This document shows positions 1-8,823 of a DNA stretch of 64,000 nt, piece by piece. This DNA comes from Planctomycetota bacterium (GTDB taxonomy: Bacteria > Planctomycetota > B15-G4 > SIAN01): positions 1 to 64,000 of the forward strand of contig JANNXA010000018.1 of the NCBI GenBank assembly GCA_031409275.1. The letters are read 5' to 3'. The notes beneath the pieces were generated by a model. The model made no database searches, was not told where the DNA came from, and saw only the letters and a program-made list of their open reading frames with translations. Within the stretch, counting starts at the first letter, position 1. Every line of letters begins with the position of its first letter. The translations under genes were made by a program, and so were the position numbers.

Positions 1-158
1 CGCTGTCGAAGCCGGCCTCGACGAGCCGAACAGCAGGTCCGTGAGTGTGTCGATGGCGTGCGCGACGCAGAAATCGTGATCAGGAGGCACTGACGAGACG
101 ATCGACGCGCGTCAGGTCGCGCTCATGAATAGGTCGGGCTAGCTCGATAGGACGGTAC

Positions 159-548
159 ATGCGGTACCGAGTCGACCCTTCGAGCGATGCCCCGCCCTCG
201 CGGCAGCTGCAAGAGCAGCTGCTCGACGCGATCGCGCGTGGCGAGCTGCTCCCCGGCGCCCAACTGCCGAGCGTGCGTGCGCTCGCCGCCGAGGCGTTGG
301 TCAATCCCAACACGGTCGCCAAGGCGATCCGCGACCTCGAGATCGCCGGCCTGCTGGTCGGCAGGAACGGCCTCGGCGTCTTCGTCAGCGATGCCGCGCC
401 GCGCCTCGCCGTCGAGCGGCGCCGCGCCACGACGCTCGCCACCTTCGAACGCGCGCTGCACGAAGCGCTGCGCGCCGGCCACGAGCCGCACCGCCTCGCC
501 GAACTCGTCGATCAAGCGACCCCCGTCGCACCAGGAGAAGCACGATGA
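159..548 (+). CDS. GntR family (YtrA-like) transcriptional regulator
   Basis: wHTH GntR motif 'GELLPGAQLPSVRALA...VNPNTVAKAIRDLE...G.G.FV'; 129 aa with a short C-terminus; overlaps the ABC ATPase start (ATGA). Confidence 0.93.
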   Translation: MRYRVDPSSDAPPSRQLQEQLLDAIARGELLPGAQLPSVRALAAEALVNPNTVAKAIRDLEIAGLLVGRNGLGVFVSDAAPRLAVERRRATTLATFERALHEALRAGHEPHRLAELVDQATPVAPGEAR

Positions 549-1390
549 ACCTGAAGAGCGATCCCGCCACTCTCGCCGCGGCTCCGGTCTTCGCCGTGCG
601 CGGCCTCGCGATGCGTTTTGGCAAGCGGCGCGTGCTCGACGGCCTCGATCTCGAGTTGGCGCCCGGCCAGGTGACCGCGCTGCTCGGCGAGAACGGCGCC
701 GGCAAGTCGACGCTGATCAAGCTCGCGCTCGGAGTGCTGAAGGCCGACGCCGGCACGCTCACCGTCGCCGGCTGCTGTCCGCTGAGGCAACCCAAGCAGT
801 TGCGGCAGCGCGTCGGCTTCGTGCCCGACGTGCCCGACGCCTACCCGTGGATGACGGTGCGCGACCTCTTCCGCTTCCTCGCTCCGCACTGGCCGAGCTG
901 GGATGGCGCGTTGGCCGAGTCGCTGCTCACCTCGCTGCGCATCCCGATCGACACGCCCTTCAAGTCGATGAGCCGCGGCGAGGGGATGAAGGCGATGCTC
1001 GCTGCGGCGCTCGCGCCGCGTCCCTCGCTCCTGCTGCTGGATGAGCCATTCGCTGGCCTCGATCCGCTGGTGCGCGAAGAAGTTCTGCGCAGCGTGATCG
1101 GCGAGCTGCGCGGCGGTGACCTGCAGAACGGTGAGCGGACGGTACTGGTCGCCACCCACGACCTCGACGTCGTCGCCCGCATCGCCGACCGCGTCGCGAT
1201 CCTTGCTCACGGAAAGATCGCGAAGCACGGCACGCTCGCGGAAGTGCTCGGCGAGAAGGAGACGGCGGCGAGCGGCGCAAGCGGCGTCGACGAAGCGAGC
1301 GGCCCCGGCAGCGGCGCGCTGCTCGACGACGGCGCCGGCGTCGGCGCGGCCACCTTCAAGCTCCGCGACGCGTTGGCGGCCACGCGATGA
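545..1390 (+). CDS. ABC transporter ATP-binding protein
   Basis: Walker A GENGAGKS, signature MSRGE, Walker B LLLLDEP, H-loop ATHD. Confidence 0.95.
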   Translation: MNLKSDPATLAAAPVFAVRGLAMRFGKRRVLDGLDLELAPGQVTALLGENGAGKSTLIKLALGVLKADAGTLTVAGCCPLRQPKQLRQRVGFVPDVPDAYPWMTVRDLFRFLAPHWPSWDGALAESLLTSLRIPIDTPFKSMSRGEGMKAMLAAALAPRPSLLLLDEPFAGLDPLVREEVLRSVIGELRGGDLQNGERTVLVATHDLDVVARIADRVAILAHGKIAKHGTLAEVLGEKETAASGASGVDEASGPGSGALLDDGAGVGAATFKLRDALAATR

Positions 1391-3240
1391 CCCCCTTCGC
1401 GTCGCTGATCTGGAAGGAGTGGCGCGGCGAGCGGCGCTCAATCGGGACGCTCGCGGCGGCCGCGGCGCTGTTGCCGGTGCTGGGGCTCTGGCTCGCGTCG
1501 AGGTGGGCGCACTCTGGGGGCGACGAGGCGTTTCACTACGACGAGAGCACGGCCACGATCGTCACGCACATGGCGCTGCTGGCTGCGGCCCTGACCGTCG
1601 GCGCCGAACTCGTGCCGCGCGAGGAGAGCGGGGGCGCGATCGCGCTGCTGCGACGGTTGCCTTGCGGATTGCTGCGAGCCTTTGCCGCGAAGTTCTCGTT
1701 GCTGGTGCTGGTCGCCGCGTCCGTCGCGCTGGTGGCATGGTTCTCCGCCTGCCTGGCGATTGGCGCGACGGGCGGCCCGTGGTTTCCGCGCTTCCTGGTC
1801 AACCGCTCCTTCGTCGTCGCCAGCGGGCTGTCGAGCCTCGCGTCGGCGGTGCTGCTCGGTGGCTTCGCGCTGACAGCGTCGACCTGGAGCCGCAGCGCGA
1901 CCCTGGCGCTGCCGATCGCGATCGCCGCGCTCTTCCTGGCCGCGCTGCCGTTCGCTGCCGCGCCGGATTGGTTTCCGGGGCTGCTGCTGCGCGCAGACGA
2001 GTTGCGGTGGCTCGCCTGGAGCGCCGCGGGCGGGGCGCCGCTCGTCGCGGCCTGCTCCTTCGTGCTGGGCCGACGCCACGGCGGCGGAACTTGCCAATGC
2101 CTCGTCGTGGGCCTCGCCACGTCGCTGTTGTTGTTGCTGCCCGCCTACGGATGGCTCGTGACGCGCATCGTCGACTGGGGTCGCATCGATCCCTACGTAT
2201 CGAGTTTTCGCTTCAAGCTCCGCTCGAGCCATGGCTTCCTCGATGGCACCGGCAGGTTCGCGTTCGCTCCGGTGCAGCATGAGGTCATCGGGCTTGACGA
2301 TTCGCTCGCGGAGGCGCGTGACCCCGCGCACGCGGGCAACGGGCCGGTCCATTGGCTGAAGGTGGATCTCAACGACGGTTCGTGGCGCGAGGCGGAGCGC
2401 GCGGAGCTGCTGTCGCGCGATGCGCGCAATTCGGAATGGGACTCGATTCGGCGGCGTGACGGCACTCTTGTCTTTCTCGATCAGCGGCAACTCGTCGTCG
2501 AGGCACCGGACGGCTCGCGGCGCGCGCTTCCGGACGCAGCGCTCGATCAGCGCGGCCATGCGTCGGTCTGGGGCGGGGCGTTCCGGTTCCACACTGGTCC
2601 GCAGCATGAGCTCTACGACGTTCATCGCGAGCGTCGCTACCAGGAGGTCGATCCGGACGAGTGCGTGCGCGTCCGCCCCGGCCGGTGGCTGGTTTGGACG
2701 CCAACCGCATCGGCGAGCGATTCGTGGCGGGTCCCTGGCGAGTGGCAGCTTTTCGATCCCGACCGCGGCGAGACGGCGCCTGCTCCGGCAGCCGTGGCTG
2801 CGGACCGACTGCTCTGGTTCGCCGACGACGGCTCCGCGCTTGGCGGTCAGCGCGGCGAGCAGGGGCGGATCGACGAACTCTTCCGCATCGATCCAGAACT
2901 CGGAACACGCGAACGCATCGCTCTGCCCTCGTGGCTTGAGGGCTCGATCGAAGCAATTCACCTCGCCGAGCGGACGCATGCCGGAACGCCGATCCTGCGA
3001 TTCGAACGCGTGCCATCCCACGGCGATCCGAGTCACCACTTCGCTCGTTGGGACGGAGCGCGCCGCGAGCTTTTCTTCGCGGGTGACGCCGACACGCCGC
3101 AACTGGCGGTGGTCGGTTGCCCCGACGAGGAGTCGCTGCTCGTGATCGAGGAGCAGCGCCGCCTCGTGCGGCTTCACTTCGGCAGCGACGCGCGCGAGGT
3201 GGTCTTCCCCAACCCGAATCCCCGATCCGAGGACTCCTGA
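1387..3240 (+). CDS. ABC-2-type permease-like membrane protein fused to a large soluble C-terminal domain
   Basis: N-terminal 'LIWKEWR' and 'LLRRLP...AKF' permease motifs, several hydrophobic segments, then a ~350 aa hydrophilic tail; ATGA overlap with the ATPase. Confidence 0.75.
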   Translation: MTPFASLIWKEWRGERRSIGTLAAAAALLPVLGLWLASRWAHSGGDEAFHYDESTATIVTHMALLAAALTVGAELVPREESGGAIALLRRLPCGLLRAFAAKFSLLVLVAASVALVAWFSACLAIGATGGPWFPRFLVNRSFVVASGLSSLASAVLLGGFALTASTWSRSATLALPIAIAALFLAALPFAAAPDWFPGLLLRADELRWLAWSAAGGAPLVAACSFVLGRRHGGGTCQCLVVGLATSLLLLLPAYGWLVTRIVDWGRIDPYVSSFRFKLRSSHGFLDGTGRFAFAPVQHEVIGLDDSLAEARDPAHAGNGPVHWLKVDLNDGSWREAERAELLSRDARNSEWDSIRRRDGTLVFLDQRQLVVEAPDGSRRALPDAALDQRGHASVWGGAFRFHTGPQHELYDVHRERRYQEVDPDECVRVRPGRWLVWTPTASASDSWRVPGEWQLFDPDRGETAPAPAAVAADRLLWFADDGSALGGQRGEQGRIDELFRIDPELGTRERIALPSWLEGSIEAIHLAERTHAGTPILRFERVPSHGDPSHHFARWDGARRELFFAGDADTPQLAVVGCPDEESLLVIEEQRRLVRLHFGSDAREVVFPNPNPRSEDS

Positions 3241-5165
3241 TGAACCTCCTCCCGACCCTGCTGTGGAAAGAGTGGCGCGACCATCGCGCGGCGCTGATCG
3301 GCTACTGCGTCGGCGTCCCGCCGCTGATCGCGTGGGGACTCAGCGCTCTCAGCGCGGTGCGCCGCGTCGATCCGCTCTTGCCGTCGGCGGCTGCCGTGGG
3401 TGGCTTTGCGATCGCGGCGCTGACGCTCTTTGGCGATCTGTTCGCCGGCGAGGAGCAGCGCGGAACGATGAAGCTGCTGCGCCGCTTACCGTGCGGCCTG
3501 GCGCCGGTCTTCGTCGCCAAGTTTTCGTTCATGCTGCTCGCAGCGCTGCTGATGAGCGGCTGGGGCTACTTCGCGACGTCGGCGGCTGCGGCGCTGCTCT
3601 ACGGCGCCCCGTTCGCGCCGCGGTCATCGCTGCCGACGCTCGCTTGGCTGACGCTCGTCTTTCCGCTCGCAGCGTGGATCCCGGCGGCGGCGATCTGGCT
3701 GTCGCGCGCGACGCTCGCGCTGCCCGCGGCGACACTGACTCTGGCGCTTTTCGCGGCGCCGATCGGGGTGGCGGCCTGGCTCCATCCGGGGATGAAGCCG
3801 ATGCCGACGGAGTTGCTGACGGCGTTCATTCTCGTCACGATTGCGGGCCCGCTCGTCGCGGGTGCATCGTTCGTCCTGGGCCGGCGACGCACGACCCGCG
3901 CCTTCGCACCGGCGAAGGTTGGACTGCTGGCGACGCTGCTCCTCTTCACGCCGGCCTACGCGTGGACCGGCGTACGCGTCGCGCGCCATCTGCGCATCGA
4001 TCCGGCCCTCGCCTCGTTCCGACTCTTCCCGAGCGCGGGCGTCCTCGATCGGCACGGAGGCTACGCCTACGTCAGCGGTTTCCATCGTGCGCAAGAGCGT
4101 GACCTTCCCGGCAGCGCCGATGACGGCCGCGACCCTGGCGACTCGCCGCTGCATGCGCTCGCGATCGATCTCGAGGCCGGGACGTGGCGCGAGATCGGTC
4201 CGACGATGTCGCAGTTCTGCGCGCCTGGAATGCCGATGGCCTGCACCGCGACAACGGTCGTCGGCCTCTTCGAGCCAAGCGCGTTCGACGGGCTGCTGCA
4301 TTCCGAGTCGCCCCGAATGACGCTCCTCGACGCGGCGACGAGCCAGCCACTCGATTCGACCTTCACCGCGGAGGTGATGCGGCAGTCGGGGGAGCGAGCC
4401 AGCGAGCTCTGGCGCACCGCGTGCTCCGTGCAGCTGCCCGACGGTCGCCGCGCCTGGCGTCAGGACGATCAGCTCTTCGTCGATCCAGGGCGCCCGCTGC
4501 CCGATTCGCGCTTCGCCGATCCGCCCCGCTTCTGGAGCTTCCCGACCGCCGGCCTCGGCGTCCGTCTCGGCCAGCAAGAGTGGTACGACCCGCTGCGCGA
4601 ACGGCGATTCCACGTTGGCGACGACCTCTGGATCCGGTTCGTCCGCGCCGGTCGTTGGATCGTCCACGATCTCTCGAAGACGGGAATGGCCGGCATGCAC
4701 GTGCTCTACGACCCGGAGACGCTCTCGCGCGCGCCGATTGCCGGATCGACGCCGCAGGACAGCCTCGTCGACCTGGCCTCCGACGGTCGTCTTCTGATCG
4801 TCACCAACCGCGGGACGCGCGTCGCACGGGATCTCGAGCTGGCGCTGCTCGATCCTGAATCGGGCGCCCGCTCGCCGCTCGAGTGGCCCGCAGCACTCGA
4901 TCGTGGCGGGGCCTACGTCCGGCTCGCGGGTCGGACTCCAAGTGGCGCGGCGCTGCTGCGGATCGAGAGCGTTCGAAACGGCGTCTGCTGCTTTGCTCGG
5001 CTCGATCTCGCGGCCGGTGCGAACCTCGTCGTGAGCGCGTCGCTCGAACTCAGCGAACTGATTGGCGCGAACGACGAGGAGTCGCTGGTCGCCATCGAAG
5101 CCGGTCGCCGCCTCGTCCGCGTCCGCTTCGACGGCGCGCCGCCGGAGCTGCTCTTCCCGCGGTGA
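3240..5165 (+). CDS. ABC-2-type permease-like membrane protein with C-terminal soluble domain (paralog of upstream gene)
   Basis: ATG at 3240 overlaps the upstream stop (TGATG); shares 'LWKEWR', 'LLRRLPCGL..FVAKFS' and the C-terminal 'DEESLVAIE..RRLVRVRF..ELLFP' with the previous gene. Confidence 0.75.
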   Translation: MNLLPTLLWKEWRDHRAALIGYCVGVPPLIAWGLSALSAVRRVDPLLPSAAAVGGFAIAALTLFGDLFAGEEQRGTMKLLRRLPCGLAPVFVAKFSFMLLAALLMSGWGYFATSAAAALLYGAPFAPRSSLPTLAWLTLVFPLAAWIPAAAIWLSRATLALPAATLTLALFAAPIGVAAWLHPGMKPMPTELLTAFILVTIAGPLVAGASFVLGRRRTTRAFAPAKVGLLATLLLFTPAYAWTGVRVARHLRIDPALASFRLFPSAGVLDRHGGYAYVSGFHRAQERDLPGSADDGRDPGDSPLHALAIDLEAGTWREIGPTMSQFCAPGMPMACTATTVVGLFEPSAFDGLLHSESPRMTLLDAATSQPLDSTFTAEVMRQSGERASELWRTACSVQLPDGRRAWRQDDQLFVDPGRPLPDSRFADPPRFWSFPTAGLGVRLGQQEWYDPLRERRFHVGDDLWIRFVRAGRWIVHDLSKTGMAGMHVLYDPETLSRAPIAGSTPQDSLVDLASDGRLLIVTNRGTRVARDLELALLDPESGARSPLEWPAALDRGGAYVRLAGRTPSGAALLRIESVRNGVCCFARLDLAAGANLVVSASLELSELIGANDEESLVAIEAGRRLVRVRFDGAPPELLFPR

Positions 5166-5180
5166 GCGCCGCTTGGGGCG

Positions 5181-6068
5181 TCACGCCCACGCCATCCACA
5201 GCACGCCGGCGGTGATCAGGAGCGCGGCGCACCAGCGGCAGGCGTCGACCTTCTCGTGGAAGAGGAGCGCGCCAACGGCGAGGCTCATCGGAATGCCGAG
5301 GTTGCGCGTCGCGACGACCAGACTCGACGCGCCCTGCTTCAGCGCCAGCAGGACGAGCCAGTAGCCCGACTGCATCAGCGCGCCGCCGAGCAGCATGCGC
5401 GGGACGAGCGGCACCACGCGGCGCAGCGCGACAAGGGTCAGCTCGCGCCGCGCGATCAGCCAGAGCGACATGAAGCCCACGAGGAAGAGCTGCATCACGA
5501 GGAAGTAGCTCCACGTGTCGGGCTGCGACGGGTGGTGGAGCGCGCCGCGATCGGAGAGGTGGTAGCCGGCGACGCCACACGCGCAGAGCGCTGCGAAGCC
5601 GACGCCGCGCCAGCGGGCCGCCGGAGTAAGGAGCCGCCCGCCCGATCGCGTGCTCGCCAGCGCGAGCCACGTCGCGCCCGCCAGCACGACGCCGATGGCG
5701 CCAAGTGCAGAACGGCTCACCTGTTCGGTCGCGACGAAGGTGCCGACGCCAGCGGCGAGCACCGGCGCGAGGCCGCGCGACAGTGGATAGATCAACGACA
5801 GGTCGCTCGCGCGGTAGCCGGCCGTGAGCGCGAGGAAAGCGACCGTCTCGAAGGCGCCCGACAGCGCGGCATTGCCGATCACTTCAGGCGCGAGCGGCGC
5901 GGCGCCTTGCAGCCAGCGCATGCAAACCAGCGGCAGCAGCACCACCGCGCCGGCGGTGGCGAGCAGCCACGACAGCAGCGGCTCCTCGCGCTTCGAGCGG
6001 GCGATCGTGTTCCAGGCGACGTGGAGCGCGGCCGAGAGGAGGACGAGCCCGAAGGCGGTGGCGGTCAA
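5181..6068 (-). CDS. EamA/DMT family transporter
   Basis: ~10 TM segments; 'SAALHVAWN', 'YRASDLSLIYPLSRG' and 'SLVVATRNLGI' motifs typical of EamA. Confidence 0.88.
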   Translation of the reverse strand: MTATAFGLVLLSAALHVAWNTIARSKREEPLLSWLLATAGAVVLLPLVCMRWLQGAAPLAPEVIGNAALSGAFETVAFLALTAGYRASDLSLIYPLSRGLAPVLAAGVGTFVATEQVSRSALGAIGVVLAGATWLALASTRSGGRLLTPAARWRGVGFAALCACGVAGYHLSDRGALHHPSQPDTWSYFLVMQLFLVGFMSLWLIARRELTLVALRRVVPLVPRMLLGGALMQSGYWLVLLALKQGASSLVVATRNLGIPMSLAVGALLFHEKVDACRWCAALLITAGVLWMAWA

Positions 6069-6328
6069 GAGAGTCCAGATCCTCGGTGGCGCGGTCGCGG
6101 CGACGGCGCCGATGGCGCCGCGGGGCGGTGGGGTGGTTCATTGTGCCGGCGCGCGTGGATTCCCGATTTCTGCGGGCAGTTCCTCCCAGCCGCTCGGTCG
6201 CGCATGGGAAGCGTCGGGCGATCGAGCCGCGTGTTCCCGGGGCGCGACGGTCGTCGCGGATCGGTGGCATCGCCGTTGCCCTACGTCTCCGCCATCGACC
6301 GACCCGTTGCCGACCCGCGGAGCACGCC

Positions 6329-6865
6329 ATGCACCCGATGCCCAACCTCCTCTGCACGCCAAAGGTCCTGAACGGACTACCCGCTGATCACTTGATCGCG
6401 CGCCTGGTCAGGGAGCACGTACAGCTGCTCGGATGGCTCGATCGGCTCGACGTGTTGATCGAGGATTTCCGCGACGCTGCCGGAACGCCGGCGGCACGCG
6501 ACATCGCGGCCGAGATCCTCCAGCTCGCCGAGTTGCTCGGCACTGCCGAGCCGCACCACCAGCGCGAAGAGCTCGTCCTCTTCCCGGCGCTCGAGGCGCG
6601 CGGCGTCGCGATGCCGCCGCGGATGATGCGCCGCGAACACGACGAACTGCGCCGCTGGAAGAAGCGGCTGCTGAACGCCGCGCTCGAGGCGCATCCCAAC
6701 ACCGAGGCGATCGCCGAATCGGTGGGCACCCTCGCCGCGCTGCTGCGCGACCACATCCACAAGGAGAACGAGGTGCTCTACCCGATGGCGCTGTCGGTCA
6801 TCGCCGACGCCGCCGAATGGGAGGCGATGCGCAAGGCCGCCGATCGCATCGGCGCCGGCAGCTGA
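6329..6865 (+). CDS. Hemerythrin/HHE cation-binding domain protein
   Basis: Repeated motifs 'LVREH', 'HHQREELVLFP', 'MRREH' and 'HIHKENEVLYP'; GGAG upstream of ATG 6329. Confidence 0.88.
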   Translation: MHPMPNLLCTPKVLNGLPADHLIARLVREHVQLLGWLDRLDVLIEDFRDAAGTPAARDIAAEILQLAELLGTAEPHHQREELVLFPALEARGVAMPPRMMRREHDELRRWKKRLLNAALEAHPNTEAIAESVGTLAALLRDHIHKENEVLYPMALSVIADAAEWEAMRKAADRIGAGS

Positions 6866-6888
6866 CGGCTCGACCCGCGAAAAGCACG

Positions 6889-6920
6889 CGGCCCGGAACT
6901 CCAGTCGGGGTTCCGGGCCG
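6889..6920. terminator. GC-rich hairpin between convergent genes
   Basis: CGGCCCGGAAC...GTTCCGGGCCG inverted repeat; an A-run just upstream gives a short T-run on the minus strand. Confidence 0.6.
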
Positions 6921-6961
6921 TGGTTCGTTCAGGAGCGATCGACGGCGTCAGCCGGGGTGGC

Positions 6962-7618
6962 TCAGCTGCCCTTCTTCGCCTTCTTCTTCGACTTGATGCC
7001 GAGCTTCTTCTCGGCGTCGGCGATCCACGTTGCGGGGCCGCCTTCGAGGTAGCCGCTCTGCTCGATCTTCTCGCCCTTCGCATCGAGGAAGAGGATCGTC
7101 GGATCACCCTGGATCGCGTACTTGGCCGCAAGATCCTTGTTCTGCTTGGCGAGTTCGTCCGGGAGCTCGGTCCGCCACGCGTCGCCCTCGGCCGCGACCT
7201 TGCCGTTCGCGCCCTCCTTCGCGTCGCCGGCGCCCGGATTCATCGCCGCTTCCGCCTCCTTGATCCACGCCTTCGGGCCGCCCGGTGCGTAGCCGCTGCG
7301 ACCGACCTCCTTGCCTTCGGCGTCGAGGAAGACGATGGTCGGGTAGCCCTCGATCTTGTAGGTCGCCTGGAGTTCCTTGTTCTGCGCCTTCCGCTCGTCG
7401 CTCTGCTTCTTGTTCTGCGGGAAGTCGACCTCGAGCAGGACGACGTTCTTGCCGGCCCACGTCGCGAACTCCTTGGTGCTGAAGACCTCCTCGTGCAATT
7501 TGATGCACCAGCCGCACCAGTCGGAGCCAGTGAAGTCGGCGAGCTACGCGTCGCCGCCGGCGGCCGCTTCGGCGGGGGCGGTGAAGGCGAGCACGAACGA
7601 GAGGGCGAGTGAGGTCAT
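6962..7618 (-). pseudogene. Tandem thioredoxin-fold (WCGWC) exported protein, disrupted
   Basis: Signal peptide MTSLALSFVLAF...GGDA, then an in-frame TAG (7546-7544), then LADFTGSDWCGWCIKLHEEVF; the second Trx repeat lacks its CxxC half. Confidence 0.8.
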
Positions 7619-7681
7619 GAGGAGCTCCATGAAACGCCAGCACGATCGTCCGTCGGGTGCTGGCTGCGCCTTGCGGAGCGA

Positions 7682-8743
7682 ATGACGATGCCGCGTCGTC
7701 GACCGCGCTACTCCGGCAGCCACCCTCGCCATTTCGAGCAGCGTTACAAAGAGCACGCGGCGGCCGCGTACCCCGATCACAGCGCCCATCTGCGCGCCAA
7801 GGGACGGACGCTCGCCGGCAGCCATCTGCCGGTCATGGTGGCGGAGCTCCTCGCCGCGCTCGATCCACAGCCGGGCGGCTGCGTCGTCGACTGCACGCTC
7901 GGCTTCGGCGGCCACGCTCGCGAGCTGCTGATGCGCCTGACCGCAGGCGGCGCGCCTGGCCGGCTCATCGCGCTCGATGTCGATGGCGTCGAGCTTCCAC
8001 GCACCGTGGCGCGTCTCGCGGAGTTCGGCCCGGCGCTGCACGCCCATCGGATGCGCTTCGCGGGACTCGCCAAGGTGCTCGCGCAGGAAGGGATCGCGCA
8101 GGTCGACGGGATCCTCGCCGACCTCGGCGTGTCGAGCATGCAGCTCGACGATCCGACCCGCGGCTTCAGCGTGAAGCACGACGGACCGCTCGACTTGCGC
8201 ATGGATGACCGGCTGCCGCGCAACGGCGCCGACCTCGTCGCGAAGCTGCCGCACGACGAGCTCGCGACGCTGTTGCGCGACCTTTCCGATGAGCCCGATG
8301 CCGAGGCGATCGCCACGGCCATCGTCACGGCGCGCGCGCAGCAGCCGATCACGCGCACGCGTCAGCTGGCCGATGTGGTCTTCGCGGCGAAGCGACTGAC
8401 GCGCGCGCAGTGGCGTGCGGCCACCGAAGGGGCGGGGCGCTCGGTCCATCCGGCGGCGCGCACCTTCCAGGCGCTGCGGATGGCGGTGAACGACGAGATG
8501 GGCAATCTGCGCGCGCTCCTGCGCATGGCGCCGTTGCTCCTCGCGCCGGGCGGAAGGCTCGCGATCTTGAGTTTCCATCGCGGCGAAGAGGCGGAAGTCG
8601 CCGCGACGTTTCAGCGTGGCGTTGCGAGCGGCGTCTACGCCAGCGCGACCGAACCGGCGCTGCGGCCCACTCCGGAAGAGCGTCAGGCCAATCCGCGTTC
8701 GAGTTCAGCGCGACTGCGCGTCGCGGTGCGAGCGGGTGCGTAG
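7682..8743 (+). CDS. rsmH: 16S rRNA m4C methyltransferase RsmH-family protein (N-terminally extended paralog)
   Basis: 'HLPVM', 'VDCTLGFGGHA', 'DLGVSSMQLD...RGFS...GPLDLRMD', 'HPAARTFQALRMAVNDE' and 'NPRSSSARLR'. Confidence 0.92.
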   Translation: MTMPRRRPRYSGSHPRHFEQRYKEHAAAAYPDHSAHLRAKGRTLAGSHLPVMVAELLAALDPQPGGCVVDCTLGFGGHARELLMRLTAGGAPGRLIALDVDGVELPRTVARLAEFGPALHAHRMRFAGLAKVLAQEGIAQVDGILADLGVSSMQLDDPTRGFSVKHDGPLDLRMDDRLPRNGADLVAKLPHDELATLLRDLSDEPDAEAIATAIVTARAQQPITRTRQLADVVFAAKRLTRAQWRAATEGAGRSVHPAARTFQALRMAVNDEMGNLRALLRMAPLLLAPGGRLAILSFHRGEEAEVAATFQRGVASGVYASATEPALRPTPEERQANPRSSSARLRVAVRAGA

Positions 8744-8823
8744 CGCGTTGCGCAGCGCCCCGGGCAGCCGCTGGCGGCACGCGGGTTGACTGCCGCCACT
8801 GGTCCGGTCGAAACGAGGAACTC

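Noticed and set aside
120..160. Possible GntR/YtrA operator upstream of the first gene
   Set aside because: No convincing dyad could be identified by eye.
7544..7546. In-frame TAG as pyrrolysine or recoded stop
   Set aside because: Many intact genes here end in TAG, and the gene has other lesions, so pseudogenisation is more parsimonious.
8410..8823. N-terminal extensions in the ORF track (also 3117, 12334, 21221, 22948, 23958, 25693, 41520, 46619, 61177, 62673)
   Set aside because: They overlap neighbouring genes or lack homology-like content; downstream starts with an RBS or stop/start overlap were chosen.
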